Below are positions 23,456-37,100 of a stretch of 64,000 nt of DNA, in pieces. The notes below the pieces were generated by a model. It saw only the letters and a list, made by a program, of their open reading frames with translations. It made no database searches and had not been told where the DNA came from. The translations under genes and the position numbers were made by a program. The stretch comes from Macrostomum lignano (taxonomy: Eukaryota). Each line of letters opens with the position of its first letter. Positions within the stretch are counted from its first letter, which is position 1. Location: positions 310,001 through 374,000 of the forward strand of contig NIVC01000143.1 in NCBI GenBank assembly GCA_002269645.1. Reading direction: 5' to 3'.

Positions 23456-25669
23456 TTTTTCAGGCTGGAGCAAATTATTTTTGCTAAATGATGAATTATG
23501 TTATTAATATTACTAAATCTCACTCTGTATTTGAAAGTTTACCAAGAAAATTCATTATTGTAAGCATAAGTCGTTTTATAAACTATTTTAAATGTAACAA
23601 AACATGAAACTTGCTGATTTTTATGAAAGTATTCAGTTTTATAAACATTTTTATAAATCTACTATGAATTATTGTCGAAATCATTATAAGTCATGATTAT
23701 TTTGTTTGCTAAGTTAATATTGGTAGTTTAAACCATTTAAAATTATTTTAATTATATTATGCCTATTCTTAAAATGTTGGACATAATGCCAAACTGATAT
23801 GAAATGTTATAGTAAGTAATAATAATTACCATCTATGTAAAGTCAATAAATGTATAATTACTTAAAAACCATAAAAATAATGTAATATACTAAATAAATT
23901 AATTTCTGAAGATAGTTTAGACTAACAGTAATATTACTACTTAATCTGCTTAAATTTTACGTCAATAATCACAACAATCACAACATTTAATATGGATATA
24001 TACTCAGTCCAAAAAATATATATGAAGCCTTAATAGCCTTAGCTAGCCATTTGATCTAGTTCCTAATTTAATGGATTGTACAAACGAAGCTATAATGGTA
24101 AACTACTTCCGTGCATTAAGTAATCACTGCACGAATAGAATAGTACAAGTACAATTTCTGTGTATTATGGTATTTACTCAAAGTCTTTCGCCTTCCTTGC
24201 TATGTATTCTATTATTTAAAATAAATGATTAAAATGTAGAACTCTAAACAATTAATGTTCTTGTTTGGCATACATTATCAAAACGTCGTAAGGAAGTAAG
24301 CAGTACTGTCGTTCGTTTGTAATAAACTCGAAATCAGATTTTTAAAGCAGAAACTAAAATAGTACGCTTAAAAGTTACTTAGCTACGGTGTTGAATAACA
24401 AAAAGTAGCTAAATTCTGTCAGATTATTACTACTTTTCTAAACTACTAATGATTTAAATTCTTATTATTTAGAAAACCTAATTTCGAATTTTAAAGGTGG
24501 ATTAAAATACCGGTTTCTGTATACATTTTGGTAATTTTCTCCCTCATGGGCATGCATAGATTCGCATTTACCAAAATACGAATGTATACGCTTTTTATGA
24601 AAATATTTATCCGAGCCTGTCTTTCAGAAAAACGTACGGAATGTGATCTGAGCTTCGGAGAATACTTTTCTTTATTTGAAAGTATTGGCTAAGAAGCAAT
24701 TTTCCATGAGTGCATTTTTGCACCAGAATTTATCCATAAACTTCCGGGTGGCATCAGTAATGACACCTGCTTATGCACCTTGTTTGATTCCTTAATAGTC
24801 AGTTCTATCCATAATTTGTTGATTATAACTCTTTCAGTAATATTACAAGCCCCTATCATTGCTACATTCGACAGTATTGGCACGAGCCAGAAACCGGAGA
24901 AAGCCCCAAAGCAGCTACATGGCGCAATGAATCATCTATTACATTGCCTTAGTATACCCCGTGTGGATCAGTGGAGTCAAATGTATTTGTATCCAAATTC
25001 GGTACAAAACACAGCCAGCGAAAATTCAGTGACAGCGGCAGCAAACAATCAACAAACCACGAATTAATCGCTGTGAATGCGACAAATTTCAGAGGCTGCA
25101 TCTATTTTTCACAGAAACATTTCCGCTGAAAGTCTGCATGCGGTTCTTCTTCATTTATTTTTCTGAATTAGGTGCTGCACTTTTAGCCCCCCGATGCGCA
25201 GCTTGTCCTCCGCAATTGCTATGTTGGTTATCTGTGACATTTCTGACATGTTTATGGCATTGAAATCGAGAGCTGCAGTATTAGTAGGGCCCTGCTGCCG
25301 GCCGGGTGTGCAGGATGGCGTTTGGTGCTTTGGTAGGGAAAGTTGGTAATCAGTCAGTTTATATACGAGGAATCCCCCTTGTTCGCTTTCTCCCCCTTCC
25401 CTAGGCTAAGCCTCCAGCAGGTTTTTATTCCCCTCAACAGAGAGTCGATCAAACAGTGCATGGTTTCCCAATCTTATAGCCGCGAAATGTCACCACCGCA
25501 CCGAATTCCGCATAGGGACTGCGTTTTTAACAGCAATTTCGTCTCTACACTGCGGCTGGCATTTTACCAACGGGTATTTCTAGGAATACCTATATTGGCT
25601 GGGTTTAAATTATCGTCATGTACGTGACTGACTTAGGTTGCAATTAATGTATTGCTTTCGTATCACCTG

Positions 25670-25960
25670 CTTTTCCTTCCACCCTTCCCACTCTCCCCTC
25701 TCCCCTCTCCCCTCTCCTCTCTCCCCTATCCTTTCTTCCCTATCCTCTCTCCTCTCTCCTCTCTCCTCTCTCCTCTCTCCCCTCATCTCCTCTCTCTTCT
25801 CTCCCCTCTCCTCTCTCTTCTCTCCCCTCTCTCTCTCTCTCTCTTCCCTCTTCTCTCTCCCCTCTCCTCTCTCCCTATCCTCTCTTCCCTCTCCTCTTCT
25901 CCCTCTCTCATCTATCGTCTGCATGCCCTCTACCCAATCTCCAATCTCCTCTTTACCACC
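25670..25960. repeat. CT-rich low-complexity tract
   Basis: Direct reading. Confidence 0.9.
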
Positions 25961-26639
25961 CCTCCAATCATCTATCTAACAAGTCGCTGAATTCGATCGC
26001 AAGCCTCTGCACTACGAGTATCAGATTTGAACTGAATAGCCGTATTACTCTCTACCCTCTCCAAACAAAGTCGCACAAACGATGTGTCCAGATCTCTTGT
26101 CTGTTCGGTCTGTCGGAATGAAAACAAGAATTTGCATTTTTAATTAGGCATCTGACTAATTAAGTCAAACTTATCGAGTTACAACCCGCGAGTTCTGTCT
26201 TGATGATTTGGTTAATCTTGACTATAGAAGTCCCTATAGAAAGGAAACTGCGTCAGTTCATTTGGGAGGCCAGCAACAGCCAATGAGAGACTGACCAGTC
26301 GAACACTTTACTCCCATTGGTTGATGGCAGTTCGAGCAACAGGGCAACTCCACAGACTGCAAACCTGTCAAATATAAAGAGGCTTTTCACTAGAAAATCA
26401 AGAGAACTGACTCGAACCTTGTAATCTAACTAAACGCAATAATATTGCAGAATTTTGAATCATATGGACCGCTGGGCTGATTAACTAAACGAGTTTGGTT
26501 AAAATTATTCAAAGCATAAGGTAAGTCAGTCTAATCTTATAACTCATTTTTATTCTTAAAATTTTTATCATTAAATTGCAGCATAAATACCGGTATTAAA
26601 ATGAAGACTTAAATGAAAATATTTTGACAGATAAAGAAG

Positions 26640-27060
26640 GGCGCCAAATCCAATATGAGAATCAGATGGCGAAGGCGCCAAATCCAATATGAGAATCAGA
26701 TGGCGAAGGCGCCAAATCCAATATGAGAATCAGATGGCGAAGCTGCCAAATCCAATATGAGAATCAGATGGCGAAGGCGCCAAATCCAATATGAGAATCA
26801 GATGGCGAAGGCGCCAAATCCAATATGAGAATCAGATGGCGAAGGCGCCAAATCCGAAATAAGAATCAGATGGTGAAGACGCCAAATCCGAAATAACAAT
26901 CAGATAGATGGCACCAAATCCATAATAAGAATCAGAGAGGTGGCGCCAAATCCAATACAGGAACCAGAGCTGGCGTCTAATCCAATACAGGAATCAGAGG
27001 TGGCGCCAAATCCAATACAGGAATCAGAGGTGGCGCCAAATCCAATACAGGAATCAGAGT
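26640..27060. repeat. 34-bp minisatellite grading into a 30-bp variant (GGCGCCAAATCCAATA...)
   Basis: Period 34 at 26641-26850, period 30 at 26940-27060. Confidence 0.9.
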
Positions 27061-27304
27061 GCGAAGGAGCCAATTTAAAAATCAGCAGAGGATTCAAACA
27101 GGTTGGAAATCAGTTAGAACAAGCAGTCTTTGTTCAACACGGTCTTACAGTTTTGAACCCCACCAGCAGCATATTATCATACTCGTATCAATACAAAATC
27201 TCCACTATAATATAAGGACGGTTTATATATAAGTATATAAAAAGACAAAATTTCCCAAAGGAGTGTCGGGCTGGAGACACACAACCGAAAACCAGCTGAC
27301 AGAT

Positions 27305-27335
<31 letters not shown>

Positions 27336-28192
27336 GCTCTCTCCCTCGCGGATTCGCTGAGCAGCAATCAAACTGAGTGAAGCTCGGCGTCAGAAGCTTC
27401 ATCCGTTAATTATTCATCACAGGCCCTCGGGAGCCTGGCGTGGGTCAGTTTTCAAAATCGCTAAGAAGGCAGACACGAGCTGGGCGGCTAAACCCTACAG
27501 CTTAAGGCCTGGGTCGTCTTCTTCAGATTTTTTTCTTGCGTCTCAAGGAAGCCTCGTGCAGGTTTTTTCTCCTACTATAGCTGCATATCGCTTGCGTAAC
27601 AGAGAGCTTTGCCTTCTCGGTTACGGAGAATGGATACAGCTTGTGAGCACACATACTGCCCCGAATGAATCGGCCATAACGTAATTGGAGAAATTCCCAC
27701 AGCTAGATGACGATGTTATATAATGATGAGGCATAAAGTCAGATTACATGCAAGTCTTTACTGTATTAGTAGCTACGATATGAAAATCAATAAATAGAAA
27801 AAAACTTTGACGCGATAAAGTCAGTCAGTTAGGAAATATTGGCTGTCAGTTGAAGCTGGAGCTACGATATTACAGACTCCTTACCGCAACAATTTCTCTG
27901 ATGAAAAATTTCTATTCCTATACTCTGCAAGATGGACAAGTTTTTTTCCTGCTCAGCTCAGATCGCTGAGAGAAATTGGAAATCAAAATGTGAGACGCTG
28001 CTCAGGATTAGATTGGCAGCTTGAGAAAGTTAGTGAGCTGGGTAATGCAGAGCTGCGTGCCAGCTGCCAAGTGACTGACAGGCAGAATAAAATACTGCAG
28101 GAGGGGAGAGAGAGGCGCCACGCATCGCCTTATTTAAGACACCACAACAGCTCAGCTTTCCTCATCTTTCTCTCTGTCTACAGTGTGACAAG

Positions 28193-31100
28193 ATGGTCGC
28201 CAGAATATCGCACCTGTCGAGTCTGATGCTGCTACTGCTGCTGCCTCTGATGCTCAGCGCCTCAGCGCCATCTCCAGACGTGACGGTGACTCTACCTGAA
28301 GGCTCCCCGCCCGGCACCCAGGTGGTCAATTTGGCCAACCGACTGAAAGCTCAACCAGGCGACATCGAGCGATTTTTCATGCTCAACGAACAGACAGACG
28401 GGCAACTGCTCAGCCTGGATTCGAGCTCCGGGGTGGTGAAAACTCGACGCCAGATTGACCGCGACATCATCGCTCGGGCCATCGGACGGCCGTGCGAGTC
28501 ACAGTGCGAGCTGTCAGTCATGGTGCACGCTCAGTGGCGCGGCCGCCCGGCCCAGCTGCTCACCCTCCGCCTGGAGCTGCAGGCGCAGAACAATCACCAG
28601 CCGGAGTTTCGCGTGGTCAATCGTCAGGTGGAAGTCAGCGAGTTGGCTGAGGTCAACCGGACCAGCGTCAGCCTGCCGTTCCTTGTGCTGGACCGCGACT
28701 CGCCAAGGTTTGGCCTGCGGAAGTTTCGCCTCGCCTTGCCAGCCGATGCCGCCTCTGACGACGACGCTGTCAGCGTGTTCGACGTTGAACCGCGTCGGCT
28801 AACGGCTAAGGACGTCGCTGAGCCGGTGCGGGTCAGTCTGCTTCTGCGGAGGCCGCTCGATCGGGAGACTCGCGCCGCCTACCGACTCGTCCTGGTCGCA
28901 ACGGACGCTGGCGAACCGCCTAAGACCGGCACCCTGACCTTCACTGTCACCGTTCGAGACGAGAACGATAACCAACCGGAGTGGACCAGCTCTGAGCTGG
29001 AGTTCAACATCTCTGAGGCCGCCCCGGCTGGCTACTTAGTCACCCAGCTGCACGCCAAGGATGCCGACGCGGGTCAAAACGGGCGCATCGTCTACCGCTT
29101 CAACGAGGCCCAGACGGACAGCCTCGCATTGCAGAGCTTCGATCTGGATGCCGTGACTGGCCAGCTGAGAGTCGGCCGAGCTGCCCGCCTGGACTTTGAG
29201 CGGCAACGCGTCTTCCGCCTGCCTGTCATTGCTCGAGACCAGGGCTTCCCGGCCAAGCAGGCCGAGGCTCTGGTCACCGTCCGACTGCTGGATGAGAATG
29301 ACGAAACTCCCAGCATCCGGGCGAACGGCATCGCCTCGGCTGCTGGCGGCGTCTCCTCGTCGAGAAACCCGCCGCTGACCGTCTCGGAGAATCGTCGCGC
29401 CGGTGAGCTGGTCGGCTATGTGATGGCCACCGACCGGGACTCTGGCGAGAACAGCCGCGTCACCTGCCGCCTGGCCCAGGCCTCCCAGCTGGCCTTGAAC
29501 CTGGAGCAGAGCCAGGACAGCCTCTCTGTCTACCGGCTGGTTACCAAGTCGGAGCTGGACAGAGAGCGGGACCGACAAGTGACGGACACGGTGATCTGTT
29601 CGGACGCTGGCCGGCCCTCGCGCACCGCCAGCCAGCAGCTGCGGGTGACGCTGCTGGACGAGAACGACAGCCCGCCAGTGTTTGAGCAGCCGGCCTACGG
29701 CATGGAGCTTGAGGAGGAGCAGGAGCCCGGCAGTCACATCGGCCGCGTAACCGCTCGCGACCCCGACGAGGCTGGCCAGCTGAAATACTCGCTGGACCCC
29801 GAGGGCGACCGGCTGGTCAGCATTGACGAGTCCAGCGGGCTCATCCGGTCCCGGCAGCGGTTCGACCGCGAGAGCAAAGACCGCTACCGGTTCCAGGTGC
29901 GAGTCACCGACGGCGCCCACTGGGCCAACGCCAGCGTGGAACTCGTCATCCGAGACACCAACGACCACTGGCCGGAGTGGACCGGCCGGCATGACCTAAG
30001 CGTGACGGAGAACTCACCGGCTGGCACCTTCGTCGGCCGGCTGACAGCCACCGATGCCGACATTGGCGACAACGGTCGAGTCGGCTACGCCATCCTGCCG
30101 CCCAGCCTGCACTTCGAAATCCGGCCAGACGGCGGCGTGTTCACCCGGACCAGCCGGCTGGATCGGGAACTCACTCCCGTGCTCGAGATCAACGTCACCG
30201 CGCACGACTACGGCCGGCCGCGGCGCCAGTCGCGCTGGGAGCTGCTGCAGGTCCGCCTGCTCGACGTCAACGACAATTCGCCGAGCTTCGCTTTCCCCAG
30301 CGGCGTCAACAACCGCATCAATGTCTCCTGCCGCGAGGCTGCCAACACCGTCGTGGCAACGCTGAGCGCCACCGACCCGGACGAGGCGGAGAACGGCAGC
30401 GTGAGCTACAACATGACCCAGGACGGCTGGCAGGCGGGCTTCGGCCTGGACCCCCGCCAGGGCCACCTGCTGCTCGTCAGGTCGCTGGAGTGCCGGCAGA
30501 GCAGCCTGGCTTTGAAAGTGACAGCCAGCGATGCCGGCAGCCCGCCTCGGAGCTCCATGCGGGTGCTGCTGGTGTCGGTGTCGGACGGGCCGCCAGATGT
30601 TGGAATCAGCCGAGGAGGCAGCAGAGGCGGAGGAGGCGGCGGCGGCGGCCGAACTGCAAGCGGCGGCCGCGGCGGTCGCAGAAGCGGCGTCAATGGAGCC
30701 AAAGGCGGCCGCGGCGGCCACCCGGACTTGGACTCGGAGGCCACCAGCTTGACTGCTATTGTCGGCCTGATGATCGCCACTGGGGTGCTCATTGTGGTGC
30801 TCGTATTTGCCGTCTGCCTGCTCAGGCGGCGAGCCGGCATGGCCGCTGCGGGGACGGTCGCGGGTTCGAGTCTGAGAGCGTCGGGTAAGTCGATGGTTGA
30901 CAGTCGAGTATTTCTGCTGCTTTCCAATTTGATATTCGTCCTCGTGCTTGCTTCAATTTTTTCCGCCCTTAAATCCGCGCTTGCACTTTTTAAGAATTTT
31001 CTTCTAGTTTCCGCTGTAACAAATTCACCCCTGCTTTCTACTCCCTCTCATTTGTTTCCGCTCCAATTTCCTCTCTACTCTCATTTGTTTCCGCCCCAAT

Positions 31101-34100
31101 TTCCTCTCTACTCTCATTTGTTTCCGCCCCAATTTCCTCTCTACTCTCATCCGTTTCCGCCCCCATTTTCCTCTCCACTCTCATCCGTTTCCGCCCTCAT
31201 TTTCCGCTCCACTCTCATCCGTTTCCGCCCTCATTTTCCGCTCCACTCTCATCCGTTTCCGCCCTCATTTTCCTCTCTACTCTCATCCATTTCCGCCCCC
31301 ATTTTCCTCTCCACTCTCATCCGTTTCCGCCCCCATTTTCCCCTCTACTCTCATCCATTTCCGCCCCCATTTTCCTTTCTACTCTCATCCGTTTCCGCCC
31401 CCATTTTCCGCTCCACTCTCATCCGTTTCCGCCCCCATTTTCCTCTCCACTCTCATCCGTTTCCGCCCCCATTTTCCTCTCCACTCTCATCCGTTTCCGC
31501 CCCCACTTTCTCGCCCCCTAATTTCCGCTCCTCTCTCAAACATTTCCGCCTCCATTTACCGCTCCCAGAATAGTTCACTCTATTTAACCGGTCTGGGTGT
31601 CTCCCAGAGTTTGTATTCTCTCTACAACAAATTTATAGTAACTATATAGTTAAGAGGAATTGAAAGTTAAAATCGCCGCTATTTAATAGCACCATTAAGA
31701 TTTCCTAGCATGTGTTTGCAAGTCAAATATTCAATCTCCGATAACCAACGCCACGCTTCCTAGCGAAAAAAACTCGAACTTCAGTCACGTTCTCTTTTGA
31801 AAAAATAGCTATATTCGAAAACTGCAAATCCACCCCCCTCACCAATGCAATTCTGATGTCTCTCGTCTGATATAATTCACTAAATGCGTAGGTTGGGTAG
31901 GTTCCACTAATGCTATAGGAAGCGTCAAATCTTGGTTTCCCCTCGGTTTGTCAAGACAGACCAAGGCAAATAAGCGACTGCCAAGGGGGATCAGAACGCT
32001 CCCAGATCCCCAGCCACCCCCAAGCCCCAACGCATCAGCTGCAACAACAATTGACTGGGAGTGGGAACGTGACGGAAGCCCGGTTTAAACAAAGTAATTC
32101 GTTTAATAGAAGCGAACGTGGCGTATGGGGGGCCTCTTTAAAAGCCGCTTATAGTTAATGTTCAATATGCTTTAATCCTTACAATTCTTTAGTTTTTTTA
32201 TAAACCCTCTATTGAAAATGGAATCTTCTTCTAATCGATCAAAAGTCACGATCTTGCCAGTCGTCTCTTTCTCTCTTTGCTTTCACTCTGCAAAGCAAAG
32301 CTGGGGAACTAAGAACCCAGAACTGTGTCCCCCAGCTTATGCGAGTAGATTTTTTCCCACAATGTTTGATCTGCATTAAAACTGAATGCTGGTTATGAGA
32401 ATGGTTGCCACTTTGCTTTCTGAGTTTCTGTGGCTAACCACGTCATTTTCTTTAAAGTTGCGGTGATTTAATTGAAAATTGAGCGGCTTGGCTGCATTGG
32501 ACATTTCACGGAACAAGACGAAAATTGGTCTTTGCCTCTCAGATCCTCAGTCTCTGGCCAGCCTCCCAGATCCTCAGTTGCTGAGTCAGCCTCCCAGATC
32601 CTCAGTTGCTGGGCCAGCCTCCCAGATCCTCAGTTGCTGAGCCAGCCTCCCAGATCCTCAGTTGCTGAGCCAGCCTCTCAGATCCTCAGTCTCTGGGCCA
32701 GCCCCCCAGATCCTCAGTTGCTGAGCCAGCCTCCAAGATCCTCAGTTGCTGGGCCAGCCTCCCAGATCCTCAGTCTCTGGGCCAGCCCCCCAGATCCTCA
32801 GTTGCTGGGCCAGACTCCCAGATCCTCAGTCTCTGCGCCAGCCCCCCAGATCCTCAGTTGCTGGGCCAGCCTCCCAGATCTTCAGTCTCTGGGCCAGCCT
32901 CCCAGATCCTCAGTTGCTGGGCCAGCCTCCCAGATCCTCAGTTGCTGAGCCAGCCTCCCAGATCCTCAGTTGCTGGGCCACGAGCCTCTCAGATCCTCAG
33001 TTGCTGGGCCAGCCTCCCAGATCCTCAGTTGCTGGGCCTCCCAGATCCTCAGTCTCTGGGCCAGCCTCCCAGATCCTCAGTCTCTGGGCCAGCCTCCCAG
33101 ATCCTCAGTCTCTGGGCCAGCCTCCCAGATCCTCATTTGTTGGGCCAGCCTCCCAGATCCTCAGTTGCTAGGCCAGCCCCCCAAATCCTCAGTCTTTGGG
33201 CCAGCCTCCCAGATCCTCAATCTTTGGGCCAGTCTCCCAGATCCTCATTTGCTGGGCCAGCCTCCCAAATCCTCAGTCTTTGGGCCAGCCTCCCAGATCC
33301 TCAGTTGCTTGGCCAGCCTCCCAGATCCTCAGTTGCTTGGCCAGCCTCCCAGATCCTCAGTCTCTGAGCCAGCCTCCCAGATCCTCAGTTGCTGAGCCAG
33401 CCTCCCAGATCCTCAGTCTCTGAGCCAGCCTCCCAGATCCTCAGTTGCTTGGCCAGCCTCCCAGATCCTCAGTTGCTTGACCAGCCTCCCAGATCCTCAG
33501 TTGCTGAGCCAGCCTCCCAGATCCTCAGTCTCTGAGCCAGCCTCCCAGATCCTCAGTCTCTGGGCCAGCCTCCCAGATCCTCAGTTTCTGGGCCAGCCTC
33601 CCAGATCCTCAGTCTCTGGGCCAGCCTCCCAGATCCTCAGTCTCTGGGCCAGCCTCCCAGATCCTCAGTCTCTGGGCGAGCCCCTCAGATCCTCAGTCTC
33701 TGCGCCAGCCCCCCAGATCCTCAGTTGCTGGGCCAGCCTCCCAGATCTTCAGTCTCTGGGCCAGCCTCCCAGATCCTCAGTTGCTGGGCCAGCCTTCCAG
33801 ATCCTCAGTTGCTGAGCCAGCCTCCCAGATCCTCAGTTGCTGGGCCACGAGCCTCTCAGATCCTCAGTTGCTGGGCCAGCCTCCCAGATCCTCAGTTGCT
33901 GGGCCTCCCAGATCCTCAGTCTCTGGGCCAGCCTCCCAGATCCTCAGTTGCTGGGCCAGCCTCCCAGATCCTCAGTCTCTGGGCCAGCCTCCCAGATCCT
34001 CATTTGTTGGGCCAGCCTCCCAGATCCTCAGTTGCTAGGCCAGCCCCCCAAATCCTCAGTCTTTGGGCCAGCCTCCCAGATCCTCAATCTTTGGGCCAGT

Positions 34101-37100
34101 CTCCCAGATCCTCATTTGCTGGGCCAGCCTCCCAAATCCTCAGTCTTTGGGCCAGCCTCCCAGATCCTCAGTTGCTTGGCCAGCCTCCCAGATCCTCAGT
34201 TGCTTGGCCAGCCTCCCAGATCCTCAGTCTCTGAGCCAGCCTCCCAGATCCTCCGTCTCTGAGCCAGCCTCCCAGATCCTCAGTTGCTTGGCCAGCCTCC
34301 CAGATCCTCAATCTTTGGGCCAGTCTCCCAGATCCTCATTTGCTGGGCCAGCCTCCCAAATCCTCAGTCTCTGGGCCAGCCTCCCAGATCCTCAGTCTCT
34401 GGGCCAGCCTCCCAGATCCTCAGTCTCTGGGCCAGCCTCCCAGATCCTCAGTCTCTGGGCCAGCCTCCCAGATCCTCAGTCTCTGGGCGAGCCCCTCAGA
34501 TCCTCAGTCTCTGAGCCAGCCTCCCAGATCCTCAAATGCTGGGCCAGCCTCCCAGATCCTCAGTCTCTGAGCCAGCCTCCCAGATCCTCAGATGCTGGGC
34601 CAGCCTCCCAGATCCTCAGTCTCTGAGCCAGCCTCCCAGATCCTCAGATGCTGGGCCAGCCTCCCAGATCCTCAGTCTTTGGGCCAGCCTCCCGGATCCT
34701 CAGTTGCCGTACCAGCCTTTACACTAAAATCAAAGTGATCACTAATTAAATACTTTGCTACACAAACACTGCACTGCAGTCATTAACTAGTTGTTAACAC
34801 AGCAGTGACAGAGGACAAAACAGTTTCACTTCTCCTTAACACGGGCTCAGTAAGTCAGTTGCATTTTCTAGGCGAACATCGCGCCTGTCGCATCGCCAGC
34901 TGGAAGCAGCCCCTCCCCCCCCCATGACCGCCCCGTCCCGTCCCGAGGGAATGCACCTCCCTCCCTCCTTAAGTCCCTCCCCCTTTTCCTATCTAAAGAA
35001 AATAAACAGAGCCATGAGGTCGCCCGACAGCATTGAATCTTTTCGGGTCCTAACTTTTTTCTATTGCGCACACTTTTTAGGACACAGCCACTCTTATAAA
35101 CTTCTGGATTTGCTTCGATTCACCATAGCATCAGTGCACGGTAGCGGCAGGTATTTGCACTGTTGTTTATGTTTTGCTAGTGATCCGGGTTAGTGGTTTG
35201 GCTTCGTGATAATCTGTCACAGCTGAGGATCTGAACGGCTGGTGGCCAAGCAACTGAAGATCTGGGAGGCTGGCCCAGCATCTGAGGATCTGGGAGGCTG
35301 GCCCAGCAACTGAGGATCTGGGAGGCTGGTGGCCAAGCAACTGAGGATCTGGGAGGCTGGCCCAGCAACTGAGGATCTGGGAGGCTGGCCCAGCAACTGA
35401 GGATCTGGGAGGCTGGCCCAGCAACTGAGGATCTGGGAGGCTGGCTCAGCAACTGAGGATCTGGGAGGCTGGCCCAGCAACTGAGGATCTGGGAGGCTGG
35501 CCCAGCATCTGAGGATCTGGGAGGCTGGCTCAGCAACTGAGGATCTGGGAGGCTGGCCCAGCAACTGAGGATCTGGGAGGCTGGCCCAGAAACTGAGGAT
35601 CTGGGAGGCTGGTCCAGCAATTGAGGATCTGGGAGGCTATTTAAGTCCCCTTTTTAAGTCCTCGTGTCACTTCGATCTCGTTTTTAATCCGACAGCCCGA
35701 GGTGTAGATTCGCACAATACTTTACTGTCATTTCATGGACTTTTCAAAGAGACTATCTGGATAGAAATTTCTGGTTAGGGTTTGATGCCGAATATTTTTC
35801 TAATAAATAAAGTACTTTTATTGCAGCTGTTTCCAGATCTTTTGTTTAAGACAAGCGTCATTGAAATTGAGAAACTATAATAGTCATCTTTCTTTAGGGA
35901 TCTATCCAGACGTCTAGCACAATGGGGATTAAATTGTTTGTTTTTAGACTTTTGCCATCTTCTTATAGTATTTTGCATGCCTTGCTCCAATACACTTGGC
36001 GACAGATGTAGAGGCGCGAGCGAAGAGGAACAGAATTATATGTTTTAGAAGGAATCCAGAATTGTTATGCGAGTTGAGGGAGAGAGAGAAAGGAGAAATC
36101 CTCAAGCCTCAGTAGAGGGGGGTCCCCCTCCCTCCCTACCCTTGTCCGAACCGGGCGGCTCATTAAGAGAGCCTCGTCAGAAGCACTAATTGAGATTGGA
36201 GCGGACGAGTTGGGATGAGGCGGGCCTGAGCTTAGAGAAAGGAGCTTAGAGAGTCGAGCTGCAAGTGCCCCCCGTTCGAGTCCTATAGTCACTGGCATTC
36301 TGAGACACTTCTGAGTAGCTCCAAGGCCTAACAAGTCGAAGTCGACTTAAATGCGATTTCTGAAATGCCGCCGCCGCACCTCCCCATTTGAGTCTTCGAG
36401 CAAGGCGGCTTCCGTGAGCTCACGGCAGGGAGAGAGCGACTGGCACAGCTGTAATTTTGTCAAAGCAATTTTCGTTTTGCCCCGCCCTTAAGACCTATAG
36501 TCTTTAATTTAGCCTCAATATATAAGCGATGACTCAATATCTGTTCAAATCTTTTTCGTCAATTAAATACTCAAAGTAGGCGAAATTTTAAAATGTTGCT
36601 GTACAAAAATTTGCTCCCTAGCCGGTTGATTGCATTGTGGCTACATAAGGCATCTTGAAAAGCATTCGAAATCCAGAACATGCTCTATCGAATTTCAGCG
36701 GTCAAGAGGCACTGCAGAGGAGTCGGGATGTCTGGCAAGGACATCTCGTTGCCGCAGCAAATTGGCGTTGACAGGTCTCTGCTGGCGAAATCTGTGAGTC
36801 ATATTATTGCCTTCGGAGGTTATTTCTGAAGTTAGTAGATAGGACTAGCGCACTAACCCCCGCGCCCCCCTTGGGGGGCAGGTACATGTCATCTATTTAA
36901 AAAATTGCAAAAAAACTCATGCCCATTCAGTGTAGCTTCAAGATAAGAAAATGTGTCATTAGGAAACGGTGGGCAATTCTTAGATGATAATTATCAACCA
37001 GTCTAGGGAATTCCCATTTCCCATTGAGCTTTGAGATCTACTGTACACCCAAACTGCGTTTGCTACGCCAATTTCTCTCGAGAACACAAAACTAACCATG

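Noticed and set aside
24689-25627. Short ORFs upstream of ARMC3 and at 35775-36334, 40526-40872, 43567-43779, 55662-56394 and 59002-59253
   Set aside because: No recognisable motifs or coding-like composition, and no consistent splice framework.
28455-30927. Overlapping antisense and alternate-frame ORFs within protocadherin exon 1 (also 372-1799 in the gypsy element and 51838-52961 in the LINE)
   Set aside because: Expected by-products of GC-rich codon usage; no recognisable domains.
30885-31573. C-terminal ~230 aa of the 1126-aa protocadherin ORF
   Set aside because: Read-through past a perfect G|GTAAGT donor into a 33-bp repeat; a better in-phase spliced tail ending TVSFV exists.
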